Made by a program: the position numbers and the translations under genes. The notes under the pieces were generated by a model. The model had not been told where the DNA came from, made no database searches, and worked only from the letters and a program-made list of their open reading frames with translations. From an uncultured Thermoplasmatales archaeon (GTDB lineage Archaea; Thermoplasmatota; E2; DHVEG-1), in the NCBI GenBank assembly GCA_964481275.1, contig CAYZTD010000001.1, positions 50,989 to 114,988 of the forward strand: a stretch of 64,000 bases of DNA, given 5' to 3'. This document shows, one piece after another, positions 1 to 10,294 of the stretch (positions within the stretch are counted from its first letter, which is position 1; each line of letters begins with the position of its first letter).

Positions 1-38
1 AAAAAAGAAAAAAAATAAAAATATTTTTTAATTTTTCT

Positions 39-1367
39 CTATAATTCAATTTTGAATGGTATTATATCAATGTAGTCTGCTTTTTCTTGGTATAGATAAA
101 GATTACAGTTATATGTGCCTTTTTCAAATGTTCCTGAAGAAGCCTTATCTAATTTTATATTCACATCTCCAGTAAACTTATCACCTGTTGCAAGATTTTC
201 TATGAAATAACAATCTCCATAGCTTGTATATTTACAGTTATAGAATAATTTCTTTGATAGGCTTCCTATGTCTATACTAACTTCAACTTCTTCTAACGAG
301 ATAGCCTCATCAAGCCCTTTTTCTTCTGTTAGAGGATTGTATAAAGTAATATACATATTTCTTGCAGTAATATTATCTTTATTTTGTATTACAATTGAAC
401 TGCTTTCACTTATCTCTTCTGATACTCCTCCAGATGAATCTACATTTGAAGAATGATTAATATCAGATATATTTGAAATTTCTAAATTAGCATTATGTAT
501 TGGTGGTTCATAATCAATTCCTAAGAAATCAATTAATACACTTTTTGCTATTTTTTGAATGCTTTCAGGCCATTCCAACCAGTTTTCATCAAGCCAATCA
601 GTTATTTTATTATCAATATTTAAGTATCCTAAAGCTATCCAGATTACGGCTACTGTAGTTGGTAAAAAAAATACAGAAGCTCTTGCCTGTTGATAAAACA
701 TTTCTGGCTCGCTTTTTTGCATTTGTAATCTTGCAAATTGATATACTGAATTTCCTGCTTCATCAGTTACCGTTAACTCTGCAACATAATTACCATTACG
801 CCAAAATTTTTTAGAAAAACTTTTTTCATTATAAGTTTCTACATTTTCCCAACCAAAAAAAGCGGGATATCTTAATGTCCATTCATATTCTAATTCGTCT
901 CCTTCTGGATCAAAAACTTGCGCATCAAAATTTACTGTTTCAGGTCTAAAAGCAGTGTTTTTACTAAGTATGATTTTTACATCGGGTGGATTATTTTTAA
1001 GAACCGTTATGTTAAAACTGTCTGTTTTTTCCACATTTTGATCTTTTACTTTTAATTTACAATTATAAGTCCCTTCTTTTGTGTAAACATATGTTGGGTT
1101 TTTTTCAGTAGATGTATTACCGTCTCCAAATTCCCAGAAATATTCAGGTTTGCCTTTTTCATTTAAAATTAAAGGTTTAAAATTCACTGAAAGTGGTGCT
1201 GTTCCTGAACTAGCATCAGATAGAATATTGATAAAAAGAGATTTTTCATCCGCATCTTTTTTTGGCATACTTTCAACTTGATATTTTAAAGATATAAAAG
1301 CTATTGATAGTATTATAATTCCAGCTACTAATATTGTCAATATCTTTTTTATGTTTTTTTGGTTCAT
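39..1367 (-). CDS. Membrane/secreted PKD-domain protein (N-terminal signal anchor, classic PKD motif 'WEFGDG', second TM segment mid-protein)
   Basis: ORF track 442 aa. Hydrophobic N-terminus ILTILVAGIIILSIAFISL. PKD signature EYFWEFGDGNTSTEKNPTYVYTKEGTYNCKLKV. Two copies of the TGAGGAATATTGTTCTATAAG box upstream (1400-1422, 1549-1570). Confidence 0.5.
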   Translation of the reverse strand: MNQKNIKKILTILVAGIIILSIAFISLKYQVESMPKKDADEKSLFINILSDASSGTAPLSVNFKPLILNEKGKPEYFWEFGDGNTSTEKNPTYVYTKEGTYNCKLKVKDQNVEKTDSFNITVLKNNPPDVKIILSKNTAFRPETVNFDAQVFDPEGDELEYEWTLRYPAFFGWENVETYNEKSFSKKFWRNGNYVAELTVTDEAGNSVYQFARLQMQKSEPEMFYQQARASVFFLPTTVAVIWIALGYLNIDNKITDWLDENWLEWPESIQKIAKSVLIDFLGIDYEPPIHNANLEISNISDINHSSNVDSSGGVSEEISESSSIVIQNKDNITARNMYITLYNPLTEEKGLDEAISLEEVEVSIDIGSLSKKLFYNCKYTSYGDCYFIENLATGDKFTGDVNIKLDKASSGTFEKGTYNCNLYLYQEKADYIDIIPFKIEL

Positions 1368-1399
1368 GTTTATATTTATAAATCTGTAAATATATAAAT

Positions 1400-1422
1400 C
1401 TTATAGAACAATATTCCTCAGG
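1400..1422 (-). promoter_or_regulatory. TGAGGAATATTGTTCTATAAG-type upstream box (copy; also at 1549-1570, 4499-4520, 6229-6252, 6991-7012, 12181-12202)
   Basis: Minus-strand sense ccTGAGGAATATTGTTCTATAAG. Six copies, each 35-100 bp upstream of a secreted-protein gene start on the minus strand. Confidence 0.5.
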
Positions 1423-1579
1423 TTTATACATATAAAAGGAAGGTGGGCATAAAACAGAAAAATTAAAAAATGAAAGTAGGTATAATTACTTATTAACAAT
1501 TCTGTTTCAGATCCAATTATTCTTAGAAATCTCATTACATTTAATATTTATAGTCCAATATTCCTCAAGGATAGAAAAT

Positions 1580-4438
1580 TTAAGAAATATTAAGTAATAA
1601 GAATTTTATTATCTCTGATAAAATTGGAAAACACTCTATAATTTTATTTGGAAAATTTGGAAAAATTGGTAATATTTCTTTAGTTGCAGATTTAGTTGTT
1701 TTCGGAGAAAGGTACAATGAACTTGATATTTCTTTACTTTCAGCACCGTGTTCATCTTTTACATTTACTGATACAGTAACATAAACAAAAGTCGGGAAAC
1801 CTGTTTGCGGATCAATTTCTAATTTGTCTCTTATATATATTTCGTTACTCCATGTATGAATTGCACTTACATTTTCCCCTGATTCAAATGGACCTAACCA
1901 TCTGCTATCTTCTAAAATCCATCTAATTGGTATATTATGAAAACCATCACATTCTACATAATCAAAATAAAACTGATAAAATACCTTATCTCCATCTGGA
2001 TCTGTAGTGCTACTAGTATATTCATATGGTGTATTTGGTTTATATTTATTTTCTCCAAATGGTTTTTTTGGTACTTTTGGTCTTTGATTATACTTAATTT
2101 CAACGGAAATTTCCTCAGAAAAATCAGTAAGAACTTGTTTTTTGTCTGTAGCTTTCACTTTTATTTTATAATTACCCGGTTCTTCATAGATATGTGAAGC
2201 AGTTGCTCTTTCACCAGATTCATATGGCCCTGTCCAACTATCTATCTTGTCATCATTATCCCAATCCCAACCGTAATAGATTTTGTCATCATCTGCGTCA
2301 TATGTAGTTGTTGAAAACTCACATGGTGCATAAGTATATGCCTTATTTTCATCAACAATTTCAGGTTTTTCAGGAGCAGCTGGTACATTGTTATCTAGTT
2401 TAACATGAAAATTAACTGCAGGATCTCCGAATAAATTCAAACCAGAGTGAACCATCCTAAAATCACCATATGTTAAAAAATGTAAACAATCTAATTTTGA
2501 GTCTTCATTTGCTTTGCCGATTGAAGTAATGTCCTCGTGAAATACTGCATCCCAGAACTCTCTATTATAACGTTGGGAGGCTCCATAAAATAGATCATAA
2601 AATCCCCAGCCATATCTAGCATTCCACAAACCTGCGAAAGCACTATAATTATTTTTTACAGTCATATACTCACCTATGCAATCATAAGACTTTAGCAAAT
2701 AATTGTAATCATCCAATGCACCTGAATTGCATGCTTGACTATAAATAAAAAAAGGTTTAGTATTTTTAATATCATCTAAGTCATTTGATTTACCACTTAT
2801 TATACCACTTTTTAATTTCCAAGGATGATCAAGTTTCATATTGTGAAATTCATTACCATGCCCGAGATGATTAATTATATGATAATTACTGTTGATTTTA
2901 TCTATTATATCAGATTTTTGCCAACCTGTTATTTCTGGTAAAAGAGGATGAAAACCATCAATATCTCTATCATATAATTTGTCTATTTCAAATTGATTAG
3001 AAGAAAATCCACTTGTTAAGGTTCTATATTTGAACTTGCCATTATCTTCTGGTTTATAAAAATAATCATCAATACATACATCTACTAATTGATCCATCCA
3101 ATTTCCCCCAAAATCTACACCATCTTCAACTCCCCAGTCTATAAAATCTAGATATTCTCCTACAAGAAGTATTTTGTCAAGATAAGGATCAGTTTCAGAT
3201 TGCATATATTCTAATGTTTTGTCTACAAAATTTTGAATTTCCTCTGAGTTGTCTACAGGTGCACGACCTACATATACTTCAGCTATGAAATCCATAAATT
3301 CCTCATCCCTTTCATTTTCATTTTTATAAAAACTATTATCAAGACCACTATAGTAATAATCTGTTGGAACATATTCACTATTCTCATCAGGATACATCTC
3401 AGCAAAGTAATATCTTACTGGTATTATACTAGTGTCACCACCAAGAAGCACGTATTCAATTCCTAGTTCTTGATAAGCGTATCTAATATAGTTTCTAATC
3501 CATGCTTGTAAATCATCAAATAAATATTCACTAGCAATATTTTCTGTAACAAATGGATTTTCAGGGTTTAAATCACCCCATTTACCTTCTAACTTAAAAT
3601 CAGGGTCATCTTTTATATCTTCAACTGTTTTAAAAAAAGTAGTAACTCCTGTATTATTGGTATGATAATCTGCTAATTCTTGGAAATCTGAAATAAAATC
3701 TTCAGATGTGATAATAACCATTTTACTATCTTCATTATCATCACTTAATAGGCCTTGATTTGGATTTTTATCTTTAGAATATGTTTTAATTGTTTGAGGA
3801 TTATCTACCATTTTATATAATGTATCTTCATCATTAATATTTTTACGAATTGATGTTAATTCTTTTTTATCTTCTGTTATTTTGACTGTTACTTTTAACT
3901 CTGGATAATAAAAAATTTCACCTGAACTTTCCAAATAACAAACAGGGTGTAAAGACAAAACAAGCATCTTATATCCATGGTATCTCTCAATGGAAACCTT
4001 GTTAAATAACTTATCAGGATAATAACTATTTGAACTATAAACTTGACTATCTTTATCATAATACTTAGATGATTTAATCTGTGATAATGGTAAGGGCTCT
4101 TTACCGATTTCAACTTTATAAAAACCATCTAATTTTATTTTTTCACCAGAAACTTCAACATTTTTTATTTCACGTCCGTCTGGAATCAGAATGTAAGCAC
4201 CATATGCTGGTAACCTGGGTTTGTTTGGTACATTAAAAATATAACATTTATCCATAAATATCCTATCATATTTTTTTCCTTTTTCCTCAATTTTTTTAAC
4301 TATGGGTTCACTAAAATAATAATTTAATGTAAGATTATCATTAACCTGTTCGGCATTTCCAATAACTATTGGAAATGAAGTAAATCCAGTTAATAAAAGT
4401 ACGATTATTATTCCTAAACATGTTAATTTCCCATTCAT
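1580..4438 (-). CDS. Secreted C25 (gingipain-like) cysteine peptidase with C-terminal PKD-like domains and conserved C-terminal tail
   Basis: His motif INHLGHGNEF and Cys motif KPFFIYSQACNSGA, as in gingipains. N-terminal signal peptide. PKD-like YGWDWDNDDKIDSWTGPYESGE. Track start 4447 is a GTG; the ATG at 4436-4438 preceded by 'gatgtgataaaa' is the more likely start. Confidence 0.55.
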   Translation of the reverse strand: MNGKLTCLGIIIVLLLTGFTSFPIVIGNAEQVNDNLTLNYYFSEPIVKKIEEKGKKYDRIFMDKCYIFNVPNKPRLPAYGAYILIPDGREIKNVEVSGEKIKLDGFYKVEIGKEPLPLSQIKSSKYYDKDSQVYSSNSYYPDKLFNKVSIERYHGYKMLVLSLHPVCYLESSGEIFYYPELKVTVKITEDKKELTSIRKNINDEDTLYKMVDNPQTIKTYSKDKNPNQGLLSDDNEDSKMVIITSEDFISDFQELADYHTNNTGVTTFFKTVEDIKDDPDFKLEGKWGDLNPENPFVTENIASEYLFDDLQAWIRNYIRYAYQELGIEYVLLGGDTSIIPVRYYFAEMYPDENSEYVPTDYYYSGLDNSFYKNENERDEEFMDFIAEVYVGRAPVDNSEEIQNFVDKTLEYMQSETDPYLDKILLVGEYLDFIDWGVEDGVDFGGNWMDQLVDVCIDDYFYKPEDNGKFKYRTLTSGFSSNQFEIDKLYDRDIDGFHPLLPEITGWQKSDIIDKINSNYHIINHLGHGNEFHNMKLDHPWKLKSGIISGKSNDLDDIKNTKPFFIYSQACNSGALDDYNYLLKSYDCIGEYMTVKNNYSAFAGLWNARYGWGFYDLFYGASQRYNREFWDAVFHEDITSIGKANEDSKLDCLHFLTYGDFRMVHSGLNLFGDPAVNFHVKLDNNVPAAPEKPEIVDENKAYTYAPCEFSTTTYDADDDKIYYGWDWDNDDKIDSWTGPYESGERATASHIYEEPGNYKIKVKATDKKQVLTDFSEEISVEIKYNQRPKVPKKPFGENKYKPNTPYEYTSSTTDPDGDKVFYQFYFDYVECDGFHNIPIRWILEDSRWLGPFESGENVSAIHTWSNEIYIRDKLEIDPQTGFPTFVYVTVSVNVKDEHGAESKEISSSLYLSPKTTKSATKEILPIFPNFPNKIIECFPILSEIIKFLLLNIS

Positions 4439-4552
4439 TTTTATCACATCTAAAAGTATTTTTATAAAAGATATTGTATTTAACTAATATTTATATTTTA
4501 TAGTACGATATTCCTCATAGAAATCTAGAAAAAATTTCTTAAGCAAAAATTA

Positions 4553-6151
4553 TTACGATCCGACACCTTCCATATATTCAGATGGTGTTTGAAAAAATGT
4601 TAAATCAAGAGCGCCCCAATCATTTGTATCATTTGGTCCATGACTGCCGTCCGAGTAGTCAAAGTATCGTTGTCTGAAGTAATCATAGTTCATGACACTC
4701 ACGTAGTCAAACCAGGGATAATCTGGGGGGTTGTTGTTTCTAACGCTTGCATTATCCACACCAGGTGAACTAATTCCTATGATTCCGAGTGAATGGCCGA
4801 GTTCGTGCAGTACTTGTACTGCTTGGCCAATACGTTTTGCTCGATCAGTAAGTGCTGCATTAAGCTGATTCATAAAGAATTTTTGATTGTGCGGAACAAC
4901 CATACAGTCATACCAATGATTTGAGTCCTGTGGATGACACCAGCCTCCGCCATAGGCAATTATAAGATATCGGAAAATACCTTTTCGGTCATCAGAAAAA
5001 TCATTAGCATAGTGTCCGGCAACAACACCTGTATCTTGATGGTATGCACCATTTCCACGGACAAATGGAAGGATGTCTCCCCCTTTACCCATACATCCAT
5101 CATCGATATGGACGGTAATTCCATGCTCATTGAATCTATCCATTAGCATTTGTTGCGATTCTTCATAGAATTCATGTTTCCATCCATCCCAACCATCTCG
5201 ATTAAATAATTTTTTTGGAGTTTGTTCCATATAATCTACTTCTATATAAATTTCAGGTTGATATGGATTGGCAAGCCACTCTTTTATATAGTATTCTTCC
5301 AAATTAGATAATCCATCATTATCGGGATCTAAATTTGCATGATCATCCCAATTGAATGGATCATATCCCCATTTCCATTCCCAGGAGGTAGGAATGCCGT
5401 CTCCATCAGGATCTAAGTAGGTATCATCAACAAGGGGGTCTGTTCCAAGTTCTATTTCTGCTAAATAAGGAATGATATCTCCATCTGCTGAGGTTTGATA
5501 GATGTAAAACCATACTTCAAAGTTTGTTCCATTAAAATGTCCATAGCCATCAGGGTCATTTAGGTAATCATCACCTATCCATCGACCGGTTCGAAAATCA
5601 TATTTAACAGTGAATGAATCTTGTTGCTTCTTTTTGATGTTGTTTCCAATCAGTTTATCAACTTTTACATTTTCAATAATAGAAAATTCAATTGTCGTAG
5701 TAGCCTGTTCATCTTCTACATTTCGAAAGATTTGTTGATTCATATAGCCAGTATCCCAGCTATCATATGTATCTTTTCCTTCCCATTTAAAATCATCAAA
5801 TTTAACTGCATAAAAATAACTTGGTTTTTCATCCCAGCCTTTGCCTTCTCTCAATCCATCAAGTATACTGCTCCATTCTTTACCAGCTGATCTTTGTGGT
5901 GAAACATCAAATATATTTTTCCCTGAGTTATACATCTGGTCAATTATACCTTTTTTTCTGATTCTATGTATCTCAAGAAATATCGCTTGATTAGTTAATG
6001 GACTTATTCGGTCATCTATCTTTTCTTCTTTTGAATTCTTTTTGTCTTCTTCTACATTAAATGTTACAAAGTATGATACTGTGGATATAAGTATTACAGC
6101 TATAAGTAAAAATATAGATATAATAGTTAAATTCTTTTTATTCATCGACAT
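4553..6151 (-). CDS. Secreted/membrane-anchored zinc metallopeptidase (HExxH) with DxDxDG calcium-binding-like motifs
   Basis: HELGHSLG zinc-binding motif. N-terminal TM LTIISIFLLIAVILISTV. DPDGDGIP and DPDNDGLSN motifs. Track start 6163 is a TTG; the ATG at 6149-6151 is more likely. Confidence 0.5.
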   Translation of the reverse strand: MSMNKKNLTIISIFLLIAVILISTVSYFVTFNVEEDKKNSKEEKIDDRISPLTNQAIFLEIHRIRKKGIIDQMYNSGKNIFDVSPQRSAGKEWSSILDGLREGKGWDEKPSYFYAVKFDDFKWEGKDTYDSWDTGYMNQQIFRNVEDEQATTTIEFSIIENVKVDKLIGNNIKKKQQDSFTVKYDFRTGRWIGDDYLNDPDGYGHFNGTNFEVWFYIYQTSADGDIIPYLAEIELGTDPLVDDTYLDPDGDGIPTSWEWKWGYDPFNWDDHANLDPDNDGLSNLEEYYIKEWLANPYQPEIYIEVDYMEQTPKKLFNRDGWDGWKHEFYEESQQMLMDRFNEHGITVHIDDGCMGKGGDILPFVRGNGAYHQDTGVVAGHYANDFSDDRKGIFRYLIIAYGGGWCHPQDSNHWYDCMVVPHNQKFFMNQLNAALTDRAKRIGQAVQVLHELGHSLGIIGISSPGVDNASVRNNNPPDYPWFDYVSVMNYDYFRQRYFDYSDGSHGPNDTNDWGALDLTFFQTPSEYMEGVGS

Positions 6152-6267
6152 TTTTTTATTCAAATATTAGCCCCCTTTTTGGCAGTTTTTTCTTATTATA
6201 TTATTTTTATCTAAAAAACTATATAAAACTTATAGAACAATAATCCTCAAGGAAATGATAAGAATAA

Positions 6268-6933
6268 TTAGCTATTCCTAAATTTTATTAATCTTTCTAA
6301 TAGTTTTGTAGATTGTATATAATCTTTGAGAAAATCAATAAATACCACTCTCGAAATTTTCTGTCTGTTATATGGAATCTTTATAGTTCGTTTTTCTGAA
6401 TCATTTCTGTGCCCAATAGGATTATCATAATTACCATTTGGATCATATATATCATAATCTACTTCGACATATGCTGTCAAATCTCTAGCACTATCAACGA
6501 TCCATGAATCAGAATCATCAACTGTACAACTTGGACTGTCACTGTCTCTACTATCAAAATATATTTTGTCCGTTGTAAACAAAACATTTTCCCCATCTGT
6601 AATATATGCTTTATAATATCCTACCAGTGGATGATAATATCCTGCACAAAAAATCTCGATTTGTTTGGTTGCATTAATCGTTAGTCTATCTCCTAGATTG
6701 ATATAAGGATCTACAAAAAAATCCCAAACCATAGCATTTGGATAATTTAGATTATAAGCATTATTTATTCTTAAACTGATAGATGCATGTTTTTCATTTG
6801 ATTTTATAATTTTATTTTGATTCAATTCTTGGATAGATTTTTTACATATACTCACTCCATCAACTGAAAAAAAATTAATACTAATCAGCAAAAATATACT
6901 TATAATTCCAATACATATCATTTTTTTCTTCAT
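6268..6933 (-). CDS. Small secreted hypothetical protein
   Basis: Signal peptide MKKKMICIGIISIFLLISINFFS. Shares the leader 'ggatgtgataaat' before ATG (track start 6942 is an upstream GTG). Promoter box at 6991-7012. Confidence 0.4.
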   Translation of the reverse strand: MKKKMICIGIISIFLLISINFFSVDGVSICKKSIQELNQNKIIKSNEKHASISLRINNAYNLNYPNAMVWDFFVDPYINLGDRLTINATKQIEIFCAGYYHPLVGYYKAYITDGENVLFTTDKIYFDSRDSDSPSCTVDDSDSWIVDSARDLTAYVEVDYDIYDPNGNYDNPIGHRNDSEKRTIKIPYNRQKISRVVFIDFLKDYIQSTKLLERLIKFRNS

Positions 6934-7248
6934 ATTTATCACATCCTTAGTCTTGTTTTTTTATATTTTTTGTTCCACATATTTAAAATTTTTAGTACAA
7001 CACTCCTCATAGAACATTTTAAATTTTAAAATAACATAATTTTAATAACAAAAAACATTTAATTCAGTTAATTTATTCCTTTTTAAATAGGATGGGATAA
7101 AACAAATGATAATTCAAGAAATTAATTTATTATTTTTTGGAATAGTTATCTTATTTTACTTTACATCTAAAAATCAAATTGGAGAAGTGATTAAATTATA
7201 GAAGAGAAAAATACAAATAAATCTTTAATCGCAAATTCTCTTAATACA

Positions 7249-8772
7249 GTGGTAAAAGGTTCGAGTTTTGTATTAATTGGATCTTTAATATCATCATTTT
7301 TACTTCTTCTTTTTAGTATATTAATTGCTAGATTTTACACAAAAAACGATCTTGGAATATTTACACTAGCCTTTTCATTTTTACAGCTTTTTTCAACAAT
7401 TGGAGCTTTAGGTATAACAAAAGGTGTCACTAGAAATATAGCATACTATAAAGGTAAAAAAAATTACAAAATACTTCCAGATATAATTTTTTCTTCAATT
7501 ATACTTACATTTATTGTAAGTTCAATAATGGCAGTTATATTATTTATCTCATCTAGTTATATAGCAGAGAATATATTTCATGAATCTTCCTTTAAATTAC
7601 CATTGATGATTTTTTCTATAGCAATTCCTATAAATAATTTAATCAATATTTTTGTATCGGTATTTAGAGGTTTTAACAATATCAAACCTATTGTTTATTT
7701 TCAACAAATATTACAAAATTTACTTTTCTTTTTATTTTTGATATCTTTAATTATTTCTAATGCAGCTTTTATCTATGTTTTTTATTTGTATTTAGCCTCT
7801 CTTTCTGTTACATGTTTAATATTGATAATATATGCATTAAAAAACAAATCAAAACTTGATATTTTATCTAATGTAAAAATTAGTTTTTCACAAGCAAAGC
7901 CTTTGCTTTTGTTTTCTCTTCCGTTACTTGCCGCTGCTTTACTAAATACATCTACAAACTGGGTTAACAACTTGATGCTTGGTGGATTGAAAACTGCTGC
8001 AGAAGTTGGATTATTCAAAGTGGCAGGAATTATAACTGGATTTATAGGTTTTCCTATTGGGATATTACTTGTTCTTTATATGCCGGTTGTTTCAAATCTG
8101 TTTGGATCAAATAAAATAAATGAAATCAAAAGAATTTACTCTGTTCTTACTAAATGGATTTGTTTTTTAACTTTACCTTTGTTTATATTTTTATTTATTT
8201 TCTCTGACTTGGTTATAGGTGCTATGTATGGAAAAGAGTATATTATTGCGGCAAATACTTTTAGAATATTGTCCGTTGCAACTATAATTACTAATTTTGC
8301 AGGACCTAACGGTGCTACACTTGTATCTATTGGAAAACCGCGATTTGTAATGTATTCTATTCTAGTTGCCTCTATAATAAATATTGTGTTGAATATTATT
8401 TTGATACCGCCTTATGGAATTGAGGGTGCAGCTATTTCAGTTACTATTGCATTACTTTCATTTAATATTATAAAATGTAGCATTCTTTATTTTTCAGTAG
8501 GTATAACATCTTTAAGTTACAATTTAATAAAACCAACTATTTCTACTATTGTAATACTTTGTATTTTATATGTCGTAATCAAAAACTTTTTCTCAATCAA
8601 AATCTGGATGTTGTCTATCTTTTTTATTGTTTTTTATCTTATTTATTTTTTATTTTTCTTAATTACTAAAAGTATTGATAAAGAAGACATTGAGATTATA
8701 AAAATCATTGGTAAAAAAATACATCTAAAAACAGATTTTTTAACAGATATTATGAATAAATTCAAAAATTAA
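7249..8772 (+). CDS. Polysaccharide/oligosaccharide flippase of the MOP superfamily (Wzx-like)
   Basis: 507 aa polytopic membrane protein. N-terminus SxxKGxxxxxGxxxSxxxxxxxxxLIARxLxxxxLG is typical of Wzx/PST-family proteins. About 14 hydrophobic segments. Confidence 0.65.
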   Translation: MVKGSSFVLIGSLISSFLLLLFSILIARFYTKNDLGIFTLAFSFLQLFSTIGALGITKGVTRNIAYYKGKKNYKILPDIIFSSIILTFIVSSIMAVILFISSSYIAENIFHESSFKLPLMIFSIAIPINNLINIFVSVFRGFNNIKPIVYFQQILQNLLFFLFLISLIISNAAFIYVFYLYLASLSVTCLILIIYALKNKSKLDILSNVKISFSQAKPLLLFSLPLLAAALLNTSTNWVNNLMLGGLKTAAEVGLFKVAGIITGFIGFPIGILLVLYMPVVSNLFGSNKINEIKRIYSVLTKWICFLTLPLFIFLFIFSDLVIGAMYGKEYIIAANTFRILSVATIITNFAGPNGATLVSIGKPRFVMYSILVASIINIVLNIILIPPYGIEGAAISVTIALLSFNIIKCSILYFSVGITSLSYNLIKPTISTIVILCILYVVIKNFFSIKIWMLSIFFIVFYLIYFLFFLITKSIDKEDIEIIKIIGKKIHLKTDFLTDIMNKFKN

Positions 8773-9413
8773 GAACGATATGGTATTGGAAAAATATCAA
8801 AAAATACATCTGTAACTTTGTCTAGCTTGTCTTTGTTGTTGCTGTCATCTATCCATTTTAAAAAACGACCGTGAGCATCTGATAGTATACTTTTATCATA
8901 TCTTATTATTAGATCATAAATTTCTTCAGGATTTTTAAGCCTATATCTAAGTTCTGAACTGTTGTTAATTAAGTTAAAAGATTCTATAATATTTTCTTCT
9001 AATAATTTTTTCAAATGAAATCCTAATGTTGTGCGATGTTTATTTAGGTTATATCCAATTTTTGAGGGATGATTCTTCCATTTTTTGGCAAATTCAATCA
9101 TTTCTTTTTGAGAAGATTCAAAATAGAGAAATAGGTAGAGTATAATATTACGAGGAACAGTTTCTCTTAGAATATTAAATAGCTTTTTATCATTTTTACC
9201 AATTTTTTGTGAAATGTAAAATCTTAGATATCCATTTTCAGATTCTTTTGATAGTAAATTTCTTTTTACAAGATAACCTAGATGATAAGACAGTGTAGAC
9301 GCAGGTATATTTAATGACCTTGATATTTTTCTGAAATGTACTCCTGGATTTTTCTTTATAAAATTGTATATATCTTTTCTTATTTTTACTTCAAATATTT
9401 TTTCTGTATACAT
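8769..9413 (-). CDS. Transcriptional regulator with two winged-helix (ArsR-like) HTH domains
   Basis: ISRSLNIPASTLSYHLGYLVKRNLL and HRTTLGFHLKKLLEENII resemble the ArsR-type HTH pattern. Embedded in the peptidase gene set. Confidence 0.5.
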   Translation of the reverse strand: MYTEKIFEVKIRKDIYNFIKKNPGVHFRKISRSLNIPASTLSYHLGYLVKRNLLSKESENGYLRFYISQKIGKNDKKLFNILRETVPRNIILYLFLYFESSQKEMIEFAKKWKNHPSKIGYNLNKHRTTLGFHLKKLLEENIIESFNLINNSSELRYRLKNPEEIYDLIIRYDKSILSDAHGRFLKWIDDSNNKDKLDKVTDVFFDIFPIPYRS

Positions 9414-9549
9414 ATTTTTACCAAATAATTAATTGTTCTGAGTTTTTGTTTGCCCTTATTATTAATATGTCAATAATTATATAAAAATATTTCTATTTAT
9501 TATGTAACTAATGAAAAAATATATTTTTATTTGATTAAATCTTTAATAT

Positions 9550-10224
9550 TTATGTTTTTTCTTTATAATCTAAAGAATATCTAGTCAAAAAATATGCCAT
9601 AAAAAACAAAACAATAGATCCAATAATCAAATAAAATCCATATCCAACATACCAAGCATCCATATAACCTAGATTGTTTACATCCTTCAAATAATTGATA
9701 TATATACCAGATATTATAACATAAACAAATATAATAATGAAAAGTATGGCATTATATAATATATATTTGTCTGGTTTATTTTCTATATTTTTGATAATTT
9801 TATAGCTAAAATAAATAAACAAGACAAAAAAGAAAAAGGAAATTAAAATCCTTGCCATATTTATTAATGAATTTGATAATTGTAAATTTTTATCGTTTTC
9901 TGATGAAATATCATAGTCTGATATAGATGTAAATTCACCTGTCGAGATTCCTGTTTCAAATTTTAAAAATTTGAATAGAATATATCTATGAAACTCTTGA
10001 GGTTTTTCAGAATTTCTGCAATCATATTCGCTAAAATGTGATAATAACATAGATGTTTCAGTTTTCCAATACAAATCAGGATTTTCATATCCATTTTGCT
10101 CTAAAACATCTGAGTAATCAAGACAACTGATTGGTGCAAAAAAAGATACAAACGCGAAAGAAATAGCCATAAGTATGATTATATTTAAAACAGTTTTTTT
10201 TGTTTTTTCTTTCATCCAATCCAC
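9550..10224 (-). CDS. Hypothetical integral membrane protein
   Basis: 224 aa, three or four hydrophobic helices, no recognisable motif. Confidence 0.35.
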   Translation of the reverse strand: MDWMKEKTKKTVLNIIILMAISFAFVSFFAPISCLDYSDVLEQNGYENPDLYWKTETSMLLSHFSEYDCRNSEKPQEFHRYILFKFLKFETGISTGEFTSISDYDISSENDKNLQLSNSLINMARILISFFFFVLFIYFSYKIIKNIENKPDKYILYNAILFIIIFVYVIISGIYINYLKDVNNLGYMDAWYVGYGFYLIIGSIVLFFMAYFLTRYSLDYKEKT

Positions 10225-10294
10225 ATAAATGAATTATTTACTTTGTTTTAATATTTTCTGATGAAAAAAATATTAATAATTTATTATGGAAAAT

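Noticed and set aside
7106..7201. 31-codon hydrophobic ORF (MIIQEINLLFFGIVILFYFTSKNQIGEVIKL) upstream of the flippase gene
   Set aside because: No convincing SD and no conservation evidence. It may be a leader peptide but cannot be supported from sequence alone.
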